Shown piece by piece: positions 1-9,203 of a stretch of 64,000 bases of DNA. The position numbers were made by a program, and so were the translations under genes. Position 1 is the stretch's first letter; each line of letters starts with the position of its first letter. Origin of the DNA: a virus (lineage: Duplodnaviria > Caudoviricetes); IMG/VR virus record IMGVR_UViG_2671180612_000005, positions 6,888 through 70,887 of that record. One strand, written 5' to 3'. Below the pieces are notes generated by a model. That model did no database searches, was not told the origin of the DNA, and saw only the letters and a list, made by a program, of their open reading frames with translations.

Positions 1-40
1 GCATGCGCAGGCGACGTGCCGGCATGACTACGGTCCGTCC

Positions 41-430
41 ATGCACGGCGACGTCCTCGACGCCCTGAACGACGTCCTCGGCGTCGGCGACGGGACCGAT
101 CCCCTCCCCGCCGTCGCGGCTCTTTCCGGCGAGCTGACGGGCTACGCGATGCACGTCGCCGACGCGTCGGGAGCGCCGCACGAAACCGTGCTCCAATGCG
201 TCACCGCCTACGGCCGGGTCTACGGCGAGCAGGACTGGATGCGCGTGGACTGGCATCGGATCGACCCGAACGGCGAACTCGCGACCGTCTGCCACCGCGA
301 TCTGAAAAAGATCGCTCGCCGCTTCATGGCGCTCGCGGATCTGCCAGACGGACGGCGGGAACGGGTCTCCGCCGTCGCGAAGGCGATCGTCGACATGGTG
401 GTGCTGCAGCGCATACGGGACGCGATATAA
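41..430 (+). CDS. Hypothetical protein (start uncertain)
   Basis: 129 aa ORF with high-GC3 codon pattern. Confidence 0.55.
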   Translation: MHGDVLDALNDVLGVGDGTDPLPAVAALSGELTGYAMHVADASGAPHETVLQCVTAYGRVYGEQDWMRVDWHRIDPNGELATVCHRDLKKIARRFMALADLPDGRRERVSAVAKAIVDMVVLQRIRDAI

Positions 431-449
431 CGCGGCATAAGATTCTCGT

Positions 450-477
450 TTGTGACAGTAATTGGTATATTTATTAT
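450..477 (+). promoter_or_regulatory. Possible sigma70 promoter
   Basis: AT-rich gap; TTGTGA-N16-TATTAT upstream of the 547 ATG. Confidence 0.4.
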
Positions 478-546
478 TGGTTAACGAAGGCGCATAGTTC
501 GATCACGGCACGCAGATGCCGACACCCAGCATCGAAGGACACACCC

Positions 547-894
547 ATGGCCAAGCGCACCTCTTCCGAGATCCGCACCGAGAAGCACAAGAAGACCCTG
601 CTCGCTTCCGACCGCGAGTTCCGCGTCGCGACCCACCTCAGCTTCCGCCAGCGCATCGAGCGCCTCGAGGACGAGCTCAAGACATGCCTGCCGCACGAGG
701 TCGAGACGATCCACCAGGACATCGCCGACGTCCGGAAGGAGGCCCGTCGGATGGGCGTGACCGCGAAACAGATGGCCGGCGCCGAGAAGGCGTACGCCGA
801 GTGGGACGCCGAGACGTGGCCGGCCCGCGCCGCCGCCATCCGCGAGCGCGCCAAGGCGAACCGCTCCGACGATCTCGAAGACATCGCCGCCTGA
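547..894 (+). CDS. Hypothetical phage early protein
   Basis: GAAGGA RBS then ATG 547 (MAKRTSSEIRTEK...). Confidence 0.75.
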   Translation: MAKRTSSEIRTEKHKKTLLASDREFRVATHLSFRQRIERLEDELKTCLPHEVETIHQDIADVRKEARRMGVTAKQMAGAEKAYAEWDAETWPARAAAIRERAKANRSDDLEDIAA

Positions 895-900
895 TCCGAC

Positions 901-927
901 AGGGCCCGCTCCGGCGGGCCCTCTTCG
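901..927 (+). terminator. Hairpin, possible intrinsic terminator
   Basis: AGGGCCCGC-TCCG-GCGGGCCCT followed by CTTC. Confidence 0.5.
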
Positions 928-949
928 CATCCGATCGAGGATTCACCAG

Positions 950-1198
950 ATGGCCAGTACCTCTCTCTTCACCGCCGCCCACGCCGCCGCGAAGGCCGTC
1001 CACAAGGCCGGCGACGACTACAAGGCCACCTTCGGCCGGGCCTACCGCGACCTCCAGCAGCCCGGCGCCGCCGAGCGGATCGTCGCCGACATCCGCCGCC
1101 GGGCGAACCCGCTCCTGCTGAGCGACTCCCCCCGCTTCGCAATGCTCAGGCACCTCGCCGGCATCGTCGAGGACTTCAGCACCGGGAGGGCTGCATGA
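950..1198 (+). CDS. Small phage early protein
   Basis: GAGGA RBS; ATGA overlap with next gene. Confidence 0.75.
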   Translation: MASTSLFTAAHAAAKAVHKAGDDYKATFGRAYRDLQQPGAAERIVADIRRRANPLLLSDSPRFAMLRHLAGIVEDFSTGRAA

Positions 1199-1833
1199 CG
1201 AACGCGCCTCTCCTTCTACCGCCCAGCGTCACGGTCGCCCTGAACGGCGGCGCCGACCACGCGTCCGACGTCACCGTGTCCGCGGTCGCCAACGCGCTTG
1301 CACGCCGCAAGGGCTTCAACGAGCTGACGCTCCGGATGCCGGCCGACGACGGCCACATGCTGCTCAACCGCCAGCCGTGCACCGTGCGGCTTGTCGAAGG
1401 CACGTGGCATGCGCGTGTGCGGTCCGGCGACGCCGCGACCTCGACGAAGGCCGAGGGCAAGCACGTCGCCCTCTCTCGCCTCATCGCGGTACTCGCCGAG
1501 AAGACCGTGGCCGCCGACGCGGCCAAGCCGCTGCGCACGTTCGTCCTGCGCCTCGAGCCCGGGTACGGGAAGATTCGGACAGCCGCGACGGAGCAGCACC
1601 GCCGCGTCCCGAACGTCGTCGAGATGCTCGCCCGCCACGGCTGGGTGCCGACGCCGGCGATGCCGGCTTGGAAGAACGCCCAAGGTAAGTGGTCCCGGCC
1701 GGAGCCGGTCAGGAAGCCGAACGGCATGATCGCCACCATCGAGGAGCCGGGCGCCGCCCACATCGCGGACCGGCTCGTCGCGAGACGCGTGGTTGAGCCG
1801 ATCGTCACCGCACAGGAAGGAGAAGCCGCATGA
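1195..1833 (+). CDS. Hypothetical protein
   Basis: 212 aa, coupled to both neighbours. Confidence 0.7.
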   Translation: MTNAPLLLPPSVTVALNGGADHASDVTVSAVANALARRKGFNELTLRMPADDGHMLLNRQPCTVRLVEGTWHARVRSGDAATSTKAEGKHVALSRLIAVLAEKTVAADAAKPLRTFVLRLEPGYGKIRTAATEQHRRVPNVVEMLARHGWVPTPAMPAWKNAQGKWSRPEPVRKPNGMIATIEEPGAAHIADRLVARRVVEPIVTAQEGEAA

Positions 1834-2363
1834 GCGCGATCGCCAAGAAGCCCCGGATGCCGGAGACCCGCGGATTCGGCCGTCCCGTCGATCCCGAAAC
1901 GGCCGGCTTCATTGTCGACGTCCCGACTTGGCGGTACGACCTCGCCAAGGTCCACGTCTACGAAGAACTCTCGCCGGGAGTCCGCGAGCTGCGCTTCACG
2001 ACGACGAAGTCCGTCTGGAGCGTCGTCGCCGCGCCGGCGGAGGCCGAGCTCAACCGCCGCCTGAAGGAACGTAAAATCAAGGTCTCGCGCTGGAAGCCCG
2101 GCCACAACCACCTCGAACGACTGCTCGGCCTCGAGTTGCTCGTCCTTCTTTTCGCGACTGAGACCAGGCTGTCGAACGAGATCAGGGCTGCGACCCTGAA
2201 CTGGATGTCGATGAAGCCTGAGGAGCGCTGGTGGCTTGCGAAGAAGGGCATCGCCGCCGACGGCTACCGCGGCTGGCGAGAGGCGATCGGCGTGGCGCTG
2301 ACGGAGAAGACGGCGACGGCCCTGCCGGTCGAAGGCGTCCCGATAGAAAGGCTGCCGGCATGA
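1830..2363 (+). CDS. DUF3780-family protein
   Basis: Motifs GFG, ELNRRLK..WK.G.N.LERLLGLEL, NW..MKPEERWWL, RGWREA. Confidence 0.8.
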   Translation: MSAIAKKPRMPETRGFGRPVDPETAGFIVDVPTWRYDLAKVHVYEELSPGVRELRFTTTKSVWSVVAAPAEAELNRRLKERKIKVSRWKPGHNHLERLLGLELLVLLFATETRLSNEIRAATLNWMSMKPEERWWLAKKGIAADGYRGWREAIGVALTEKTATALPVEGVPIERLPA

Positions 2364-3112
2364 GCGACGCGGCCGAACTGACCCCCTACCGCTACCGGAT
2401 CCTGCAGCGTGTCCGCGAATTCTCTCGGCGCGATCGAGGTCAAGGCATGTCCACGCACCCGATGGCAAAGGCCTACCACGCCCTCGAGATCGGCGGCTTC
2501 ATCTCGATCGAGCGCGGCGTCGGCATCTACCCCGACTACACCCTGACGGCGAAAGGCGTCTCGGCTCTCGCGGCGTTGGAGGCCGACGGGGCATACGACC
2601 GGACGAACCGGCAGCGCGACGCGATCAGAGAATGGCTCGACCGCAGACGAGGTGCCCGCGTCCGTCTTACAGCGACGCCGAGCGAAACGGCACGCGCCAG
2701 CTACACCGCGAAGGGCGCGAACGGCCGCGGCTACCCCACGGAGCCTGGTCTGCACGTCTGGTACGACGAGGCCGCCTTCGACGAGGCCGCCCGGCTCCTC
2801 GGCACGCAGACGCCGGGAGCTCTCTTTGCGCTCTCGGACACGGCCCGGATCTTGCTGGACGGCAGCGTGCTGCACCTCGTGCGCGGCCTCATCGACGATT
2901 TCGGGCGGATAGAGCTCGCCGAGCGATACATGATGCAGTGCCTTGTCGACGGAAGCTGGGTGTCGGCACCGACGGAGCGTGGCGTGAAGCGCTGTCTCAA
3001 GCTACGGACGGAGCGCGCCTGCCGACCCGACCAGGCGCTCGTCCATGCTGCACCGGCGCCGCGCACGGCCGAGGACGACGTCGAGGATGCGGCGATCGGC
3101 GCAGGCTTCTGA
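2360..3112 (+). CDS. Hypothetical protein
   Basis: ATG 2360 overlaps the previous stop. Confidence 0.7.
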   Translation: MSDAAELTPYRYRILQRVREFSRRDRGQGMSTHPMAKAYHALEIGGFISIERGVGIYPDYTLTAKGVSALAALEADGAYDRTNRQRDAIREWLDRRRGARVRLTATPSETARASYTAKGANGRGYPTEPGLHVWYDEAAFDEAARLLGTQTPGALFALSDTARILLDGSVLHLVRGLIDDFGRIELAERYMMQCLVDGSWVSAPTERGVKRCLKLRTERACRPDQALVHAAPAPRTAEDDVEDAAIGAGF

Positions 3113-3306
3113 TGTCGGACAGCGCCGCTCTCTATCACGCCGCTCTCGCAGAGGCGTACCGCCGGACCCGAGGCCGCTATCCCGCGCTCGACGGCCTGGA
3201 CTACGACGACCTCCTCATGCTGTCCGCTCTCGACGACATGATCGCGACCGTCGTCGGCGAGATCGGCTATGCGGACATCGAGCCGATCCTGCCGCAGCCC
3301 GACTGA
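3112..3306 (+). CDS. Small hypothetical protein
   Basis: TGATG overlap; MSDSAALYHAAL... Confidence 0.6.
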   Translation: MSDSAALYHAALAEAYRRTRGRYPALDGLDYDDLLMLSALDDMIATVVGEIGYADIEPILPQPD

Positions 3307-3338
3307 GCGGATTCGCCTCAATTCTGTCGCATAGCATG

Positions 3339-3366
3339 TTGACACCGCGAGGTGCTGTCGTATATG
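3339..3366 (+). promoter_or_regulatory. sigma70-type promoter
   Basis: TTGACA(3339)-N16-TATATG upstream of the 3416 gene. Confidence 0.65.
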
Positions 3367-3415
3367 TATACGACATGGGTGAAGGCATTGGGCCTGCCCT
3401 TCTGGAGACGCTCCG

Positions 3416-4276
3416 ATGACCACGACCGCCACCACCATCTCCCTCGCCGCTGTCATGACCGCCGCCTGGGCCTCCGCCCGCGCCGCGGCCGCCCGCTTCG
3501 GCGGCAAGGCCCGCCACTTCTTCCGCGCCGCCCTCGCCACCGCCTGGGCCGACGCCCGCAAGCCGGCCGCTCCGGTCCGCGAACGCATCGAGGTCGGGCG
3601 CGAGGGCTACGTCCGCGCCGATCTTGAGTACACGAACTACATCCGGGGCGGCGGCGCGATCACGCCGACGGTCTCCGTCTACCGCGACTACGGCGACGTG
3701 CGGCGGATGCAGTACACGTCCGAGGGCATGTCCGGGTCGCGGAGGAGCGGCTGGATCTCGTGGCAACTGGAAGCAAACCGGCTGTATCGGATGGACGGAG
3801 TGAACGTGTCGTCGACGCGGGCCGTCACGTACTACGTCTCCACGTTCGACGGCGTCACGAAGATCGTTCCGGCGAGCACGATCGAGACCGTGAAGCGCGC
3901 CCTCTTCCCCGTCGGCTACGAACTGGCCCAGGTCCGCGCCGAGCAGGCCCGCGTCGCCGAGGAAGCGCGTCAGGCGCGTCTCGTCGTCGAGGAGCGCGAG
4001 CGCCTGGAGCGTATGAAGATCGAAGCCGCCCGCCGCGAGGCCGAGCTCGCCGAGAAGAAGGCCACGCTTACCGCCGAGGCGGCGAAGGTCGAGACCGAAG
4101 GCCAGCAGGTCGTCGAAGGCCTGCCGCTGCTGACCGGCTCGCCGAAGCAGGTCGCCTGGGCGCTCCGCATCCGCGACGCCGTCCAGAAGCGCGAGCCGAA
4201 GAACGCGGCGCTGAAGCGGGCGAAGAAGGCCAGCTACTGGATCGAGAACTACCGCACCGTCCTCGGGGGCTTCTAA
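3416..4276 (+). CDS. Phage early protein (N-terminal AW..AR..F..AL..AW module, coiled coil, C-terminal LPLLTGSPKQVAWA motif)
   Basis: GGAGA RBS; motifs typical of phage hypothetical proteins. Confidence 0.8.
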   Translation: MTTTATTISLAAVMTAAWASARAAAARFGGKARHFFRAALATAWADARKPAAPVRERIEVGREGYVRADLEYTNYIRGGGAITPTVSVYRDYGDVRRMQYTSEGMSGSRRSGWISWQLEANRLYRMDGVNVSSTRAVTYYVSTFDGVTKIVPASTIETVKRALFPVGYELAQVRAEQARVAEEARQARLVVEERERLERMKIEAARREAELAEKKATLTAEAAKVETEGQQVVEGLPLLTGSPKQVAWALRIRDAVQKREPKNAALKRAKKASYWIENYRTVLGGF

Positions 4277-4278
4277 TC

Positions 4279-4629
4279 ATGACCATGACCCCAACGACCG
4301 ACTGGAAGGAGAGCGCCGCGGCGCTCTTCGGTCCCGACTGGATCGCCCCCCTCTCCGTCGTCCTCGGTTGCTCCCGCAGGACGATCGAGCGTTGGCGCGA
4401 CCGCGTCTCGCCCGTCCCCGCGCACGTCCCGCCGATGCTCGCCGCCGGCGTTCCGACCACAAGCGGCTTCTCGTCCGACCTCTACGGTCGAAAAGTCCTG
4501 CGCCTGGTCGCGGAAGGGCTGGACCTCGCGATGCTCCGGGACAGCCTGCGCGCCGAGCTCGCCGCGATCGACGAGTACGAGCGTCGCCTCGCCGCCGGAG
4601 ACGCGCTCGCGAAGATCGCCGCCGGCTGA
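4279..4629 (+). CDS. HTH-like DNA-binding protein
   Basis: FGPDWIAPLSVVLGCSRRTIERW. Confidence 0.65.
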   Translation: MTMTPTTDWKESAAALFGPDWIAPLSVVLGCSRRTIERWRDRVSPVPAHVPPMLAAGVPTTSGFSSDLYGRKVLRLVAEGLDLAMLRDSLRAELAAIDEYERRLAAGDALAKIAAG

Positions 4630-4693
4630 TCCGGCCGTTCACCTCACGGTAAGCGATCCCTTCGATCCTCGCGGCAGGATCGAAGGGAAGACG

Positions 4694-5452
4694 ATGACGA
4701 CACCTGCCGAATACGACTACGCCCTGCTGAATAGACTCGCCGAACAGGGCTTCGACGGCGCCCGCACGATGCCTAATTCGGCGCGGGCCCCCGACCGATT
4801 CAACGACATGAACCGCAAGGGCTGGATCCCGAGAAACCCGGGCGCCTCCATCCTGACCGTCGCCGGCCGGAAGGCCCTCGCCGCGATGGAGGCGGACCGC
4901 ACGCTGGACATCGGCCGCATCGACCGGGCGCTCGACATCGAGAAGCGCATCGAGGCGCATGTCGCCGTCATCGATCCGTGGCTCGGAGTGGAGTTCTACC
5001 CTGCCGAGCGTGGGACCGCCGACGTCGCGCCCGTGCGAGAGGGTCGAGACATCTACGGCGCTCAGGTCTCCTATCAAATCGAGACCGTCGAGGAGGCGCA
5101 GGAGCACTTCGACGCGTTGGACCTCGTCGAGCATTTCTTCATGCCGCTCGCCGTCGAACAGTCGAGGCACGACGGCATGGACGTCTTCCGGTTCGTGGGC
5201 CTGCTCGCCCGACCGAAGAAGCACAACGGCCGACAGGTCGCCCGCTTCCCCCGCCTCGCCGAGGAGCGGTTCCACGTCCTCCGGCATCCGACCTACGACG
5301 CCCTGCTCAGGGCTCCGAGCCGCCGCGCCCTGCTTGAGCTCGCCGAGGCGTACAGGCCGCCGGCTGATCCGATCGAGGAGCCGCCCGAGCCGACGCCTGA
5401 AGAGATCGAGCAGGACCGCAGAGACGCGTCCGCGTTCGCGTACCTGTTCTGA
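4694..5452 (+). CDS. Hypothetical protein
   Basis: 252 aa ORF with AAGGGA RBS. Confidence 0.7.
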   Translation: MTTPAEYDYALLNRLAEQGFDGARTMPNSARAPDRFNDMNRKGWIPRNPGASILTVAGRKALAAMEADRTLDIGRIDRALDIEKRIEAHVAVIDPWLGVEFYPAERGTADVAPVREGRDIYGAQVSYQIETVEEAQEHFDALDLVEHFFMPLAVEQSRHDGMDVFRFVGLLARPKKHNGRQVARFPRLAEERFHVLRHPTYDALLRAPSRRALLELAEAYRPPADPIEEPPEPTPEEIEQDRRDASAFAYLF

Positions 5453-5596
5453 CGCGCATCCGACCGGAACGCCGCCCTGCATCGACGCAGCGCAGCCATA
5501 GACACCTGCACGTGTCGGACGACCGGCCGACGCGTCGCACCGTATCCTCCAGTATATCCTGATCCCCTTCGCAGCACCGCCCTCGCCGCCGCCGCT

Positions 5597-5717
5597 CCCG
5601 TCGGCCATGCACACGCCCGCCTGTCGCCGCGCCGCCGTCTGCATCCTGCCCACGCGGAAAGGTGTATGCATCCTGCCCACGCATGCGAACGCCCGTGCGC
5701 CCGTCGGCCATGCACAC
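5597..5717. repeat. Short direct repeats
   Basis: CCCGTCGGCCATGCACAC x2 (~5597, ~5700); TGCATCCTGCCCACGC x2 (~5640, ~5667). Confidence 0.7.
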
Positions 5718-5723
5718 AGACCG

Positions 5724-6065
5724 TCAACGGCCGCGCCGACGCTTCTTCTCGCTTTCCCGCCTGCTCTCCAGCACGAGCATCACGACGAGGACGACGGCGA
5801 CGTAGCCGATCAGGGTGATCCCCGTCAGGCTCCAGAGGTGCCACCGTTCGCGGTCGATCCTGATCTCGACCATGCCCAACGGCGGCACGAACACGCACGC
5901 GAAGAACAGCAGCGTCAGCGCGACGAAGACGAGCGTCGCCGTGGTCGAGATCGGAGAGGCGCGCCATTCCGCCAGGTACTCGGCACGCTTGCCCGCGTCG
6001 GTCGCGAACGCCCAGACGCCGACACCGACCATCGCCGCCAGCATCAGCAGGAAGACGAAGCCCAT
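5724..6065 (-). CDS. Small membrane protein (about 3 TM)
   Basis: Hydrophobic segments, basic C-terminus. Confidence 0.7.
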   Translation of the reverse strand: MGFVFLLMLAAMVGVGVWAFATDAGKRAEYLAEWRASPISTTATLVFVALTLLFFACVFVPPLGMVEIRIDRERWHLWSLTGITLIGYVAVVLVVMLVLESRRESEKKRRRGR

Positions 6066-6069
6066 CGCG

Positions 6070-6300
6070 CTACCGCTCCACAGACGTGTTGAAGCGGACG
6101 CTCGCCCAGGCCAGCACGCCCGCCGCCAGAAGCACGGCGATGGACAGCAGGTAGCGCTCGTCGCCGATCGTCACGCAGTTCTCGACCCGGCCGCACGCCT
6201 TCGCGACCTTGGCGTCGATCCTGTCCAAGGCGCCGATGCCCATCCAGAGGACGAACGCGAACACGGCGAACGGGACGACTCGGGTGTAGAAGGTCTGCAT
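6070..6300 (-). CDS. Small membrane protein (2 TM)
   Basis: GAGGAG RBS; MQTFYTRVVPFAV... Confidence 0.65.
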   Translation of the reverse strand: MQTFYTRVVPFAVFAFVLWMGIGALDRIDAKVAKACGRVENCVTIGDERYLLSIAVLLAAGVLAWASVRFNTSVER

Positions 6301-6335
6301 GCGTGGCTCCTCGACGCCGCACGATACCGGCCGGA

Positions 6336-6605
6336 CGGCAGGGCGCAAGGCGCCGGCCGGCCGACACGCAGCCGCACACGACGCAGCGCCGCCGTTCCTG
6401 CCCGACGCAGCCGTAGCCGACCAGGACGCAGCCAGAGTGGGCAGGCGGCGGCAGGGCGCAAGGCGCCGCCGCCTGCGAGCGCAGCCATGCATGGGCAGGA
6501 CGCAGCCGAACGAGGCAGGACGGCGGACGCGCCTAGTGCAGGATGCAGACGGGACAGGACGATCGCTGACGCCGATGCCGGACGCAGACGGAAGACTCCG
6601 CAGCC
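6336..6605 (+). repeat. Cluster of CGCAGCC repeats plus a 20-bp direct repeat
   Basis: CGCAGCC at 6367, 6406, 6427, 6480, 6501, 6599; CGGCAGGGCGCAAGGCGCCG at 6336 and 6449. Confidence 0.7.
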
Positions 6606-6765
6606 GATGTCGGGATGATCCCCCGGGCCAGGCTCCGCCCCATCCACGCACGCCCGCCCCATATCCCGTGCGCCCGCCTGCCCGCCTGCGCGCCCGCCCG
6701 TTCTCCATCCCGCATGCCCGCTGCCCAAGGGTCCGCATACCGTGCACACCCATCGCATCCAGCCC

Positions 6766-6800
6766 CATACGTCCGATAACGTTCGCTTATCGGACGTATG
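6766..6800. repeat. Perfect 14-bp inverted repeat with 7-bp spacer
   Basis: CATACGTCCGATAA-CGTTCGC-TTATCGGACGTATG. Confidence 0.9.
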
Positions 6801-7414
6801 CCGACGAGGCCGAAACGCCTGCGCCGCAAGGGTTTCGGGCATGCGCGCACGTCCGAGCGCCGCCGTATCGGGGCCGCCGCCGACCCCCCGCCGCCGCCCG
6901 GGGCCGCCCGCCGGGGGGAGGGGGTTCGCCGTCGTGATAGAGGGCACATGACCCCTCTGAAGACACGCACCGTTTTCAAAATTCCGGCCCCCTCCCCGTA
7001 TGCGTGGCAAACACTTTTCCCGTCTGCCTCCTGCACACGTTCCCCTCTGCCGCCGCTCCTCCCCTTTCCCCCGCCGCTCCGGGCGATTCCGCCGCCGAAT
7101 CCGCCCCGTCCGCCGCCCTGTGTGCATGGAGCGATTGCAGTCGAAAAAACGCGCCGATTGCAGTTGTCTGCATGGGACGCCGAAACCCTTGCGCCACAAA
7201 GGCTCCAGCCGCCCCTCGCCGCCCGCGTCCGGATTCATCTGACTCGGGTTTCGTGACTCTGGGCCCGAAAACGGACTGAATCGGCCTGATTGCAGTTGTT
7301 TGCATGGGGCGGGACGCCGCCGGACACGGAAACGGCCCCGCAGGACGAATCCTCGGGGCCTCTGGTGGCTGTTTCGGCGTCGAGCCGCGAAAGGGACGGA
7401 TCCGCTCTCACGGG

Positions 7415-8275
7415 TCAGAAATCGAGTCTGCGGGCGCGCTCCTCTTCCGTCTCCTCGGTCGGCATCGGGTCGAGCTGGACGGCTTCCCATCCGGCCGGGA
7501 ATTCGCCGTCGCCCGTCCAGGCGCAGACGCCGGCGCTGAGGTTCTCGCCGAGATGAAACCGGAGTTCGTCGATCTTGAGAATGGCGTCGTCGGACGGCTG
7601 CTCGTTACTGGGTCCGTACGCCTGCGCGATCCAGGTGCCGTGCAGGAGCACGGTGGCCTGCGACCGGCCGTCGGCGTCGCGAAGGGAGAAGACTCCGCTT
7701 GTCGGTTCCAGGCCGTCGAAGCTGACGCTGCCGACGCAATGCTGCATGACGCGCCCCTCCTCCTGCCGCTGCGCCTTCGTCCGCAGGTGCTGCCAGGTCC
7801 ATCCGTTGTCGTCGTAGCGGTGCACGACCTCGGCCTCGGCGGCGACGATCTGGGCCGCTTCCTGCATTCCGAGATGCCAGGCGCGCTGCCGGCGGTCGAT
7901 CTCCGAGAACGACATGCGGGTTATGGCGTCCCAGACCTCCGGCTCGGTCCTCTCGACATGCGCGATCCAGTCGCCGATCGGGTCCAGATCCCATCCCGGG
8001 GGAATGTGCAGGACGGCGGCCTTCGCGGCTTCGGCCGACATGCGCTCCAGAACGCGGCTCTGCGCGAACGTCCTGGCGGCGAGATGGGCATACTGCTTTC
8101 CGTACGCGTACGGCTGGGGAGCGACTTCAAGGTAGTGCGGATACGTCCGCGTCGCGACGGCCTTGGCGATCTGTCGGACGACATGGAGCACCACGGGACT
8201 TTCGATGTCTCCGAACGGCGGCCGGCGCAGACGGGAATGGATCCAGAGGACGTCGGTCAAGCGGGGGTCGGACAT
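7415..8275 (-). CDS. PcfJ-like domain protein
   Basis: QEEGRVMQHCVGS...VFSLRDADGRSQAT; start may be further upstream. Confidence 0.7.
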   Translation of the reverse strand: MSDPRLTDVLWIHSRLRRPPFGDIESPVVLHVVRQIAKAVATRTYPHYLEVAPQPYAYGKQYAHLAARTFAQSRVLERMSAEAAKAAVLHIPPGWDLDPIGDWIAHVERTEPEVWDAITRMSFSEIDRRQRAWHLGMQEAAQIVAAEAEVVHRYDDNGWTWQHLRTKAQRQEEGRVMQHCVGSVSFDGLEPTSGVFSLRDADGRSQATVLLHGTWIAQAYGPSNEQPSDDAILKIDELRFHLGENLSAGVCAWTGDGEFPAGWEAVQLDPMPTEETEEERARRLDF

Positions 8276-8347
8276 GTGCAGGCCTTTCGCCATCTGTCTC
8301 CGGCCATGCGCCGGCGCATCATGCATACGCCGTAGCGACGCAAGATC

Positions 8348-9109
8348 TCAGGGTATCGACCGTCCGGGCTCGTAGGCACCGATCTGGCGGATGAGCCGGA
8401 GGATCGCGGCGTTGTGCTCGTCGCCGAGCCTGGCGTTCCGTGGCCCCGCCTCGTTGGCCAGCGAAATCCGGCCGCCTCCGACGACGAACTCCACAGTCGC
8501 GTGCGAGACGCCGGCCGGATCGCGGAGCGAGAATATCAGGCAGTCGCGATCGTAGTTCCCGCCGCCGACGCAGTGCGCCATGCTCGCCCCTTCGGCGTCG
8601 AGGAGTTCGGGCGTGTCCAAAAGATGCCAGGTCCAGCCGCCGTCGAGGCGCAGGATGACGTGACCGGGCGTCGCGGCCCTGCCGATCGTTCTGGCGGCGG
8701 CCTTCGCGATGCGGGCGTGCCGGCGCTCGGCATGGGCGCGGATCGCCGGCCAGTCCATGCGCGGAATCTTCCCGTAGAGCCTCGGGTCGCGCTCCCGCGT
8801 GCTCAGCACCCAGTCGCGCACCATCCGTAGGTCGCGCTGGTCGAAGCGGTAGAAGAACCCGGCTTCGACGGCGCGGTGCTGCCATTCGGCGATCTCGGAT
8901 GGCAGGTCCTCGGGCGCCGGTAGGCCTCGGCGGCCGTAGATGCGGCACGGCACAAGGCGCAGGCCGCACGTGTTGCGGGCGACGGCGCGGCACATCGCCT
9001 TCGCGACGGCGCCGGCGGTCGCCGGGTCGATCCGGCCGTAGGCGGACAAAACGCGGAAGGCAGTCCGGATATCGCCCAGACGGACCTCGTGATGGGAGTG
9101 GTCTCGCAT
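8348..9109 (-). CDS. PcfJ-like domain protein
   Basis: LDAEGASMAHCVGGGNY...IFSLRDPAGVSHATVE. Confidence 0.75.
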   Translation of the reverse strand: MRDHSHHEVRLGDIRTAFRVLSAYGRIDPATAGAVAKAMCRAVARNTCGLRLVPCRIYGRRGLPAPEDLPSEIAEWQHRAVEAGFFYRFDQRDLRMVRDWVLSTRERDPRLYGKIPRMDWPAIRAHAERRHARIAKAAARTIGRAATPGHVILRLDGGWTWHLLDTPELLDAEGASMAHCVGGGNYDRDCLIFSLRDPAGVSHATVEFVVGGGRISLANEAGPRNARLGDEHNAAILRLIRQIGAYEPGRSIP

Positions 9110-9203
9110 GCAGGCTCGTCCGCCTTCGTGTTCCGGCCTGTGCCGATCGAGAGGAGGCTATGACGATGGCGCCGAGAAGCGCAAGCTCGAGGTCCGGGTG
9201 CGG

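Noticed and set aside
5453-7410. CRISPR array in the repeat-rich block
   Set aside because: Repeats are short, heterogeneous and irregularly spaced; no constant repeat-spacer period and no cas genes
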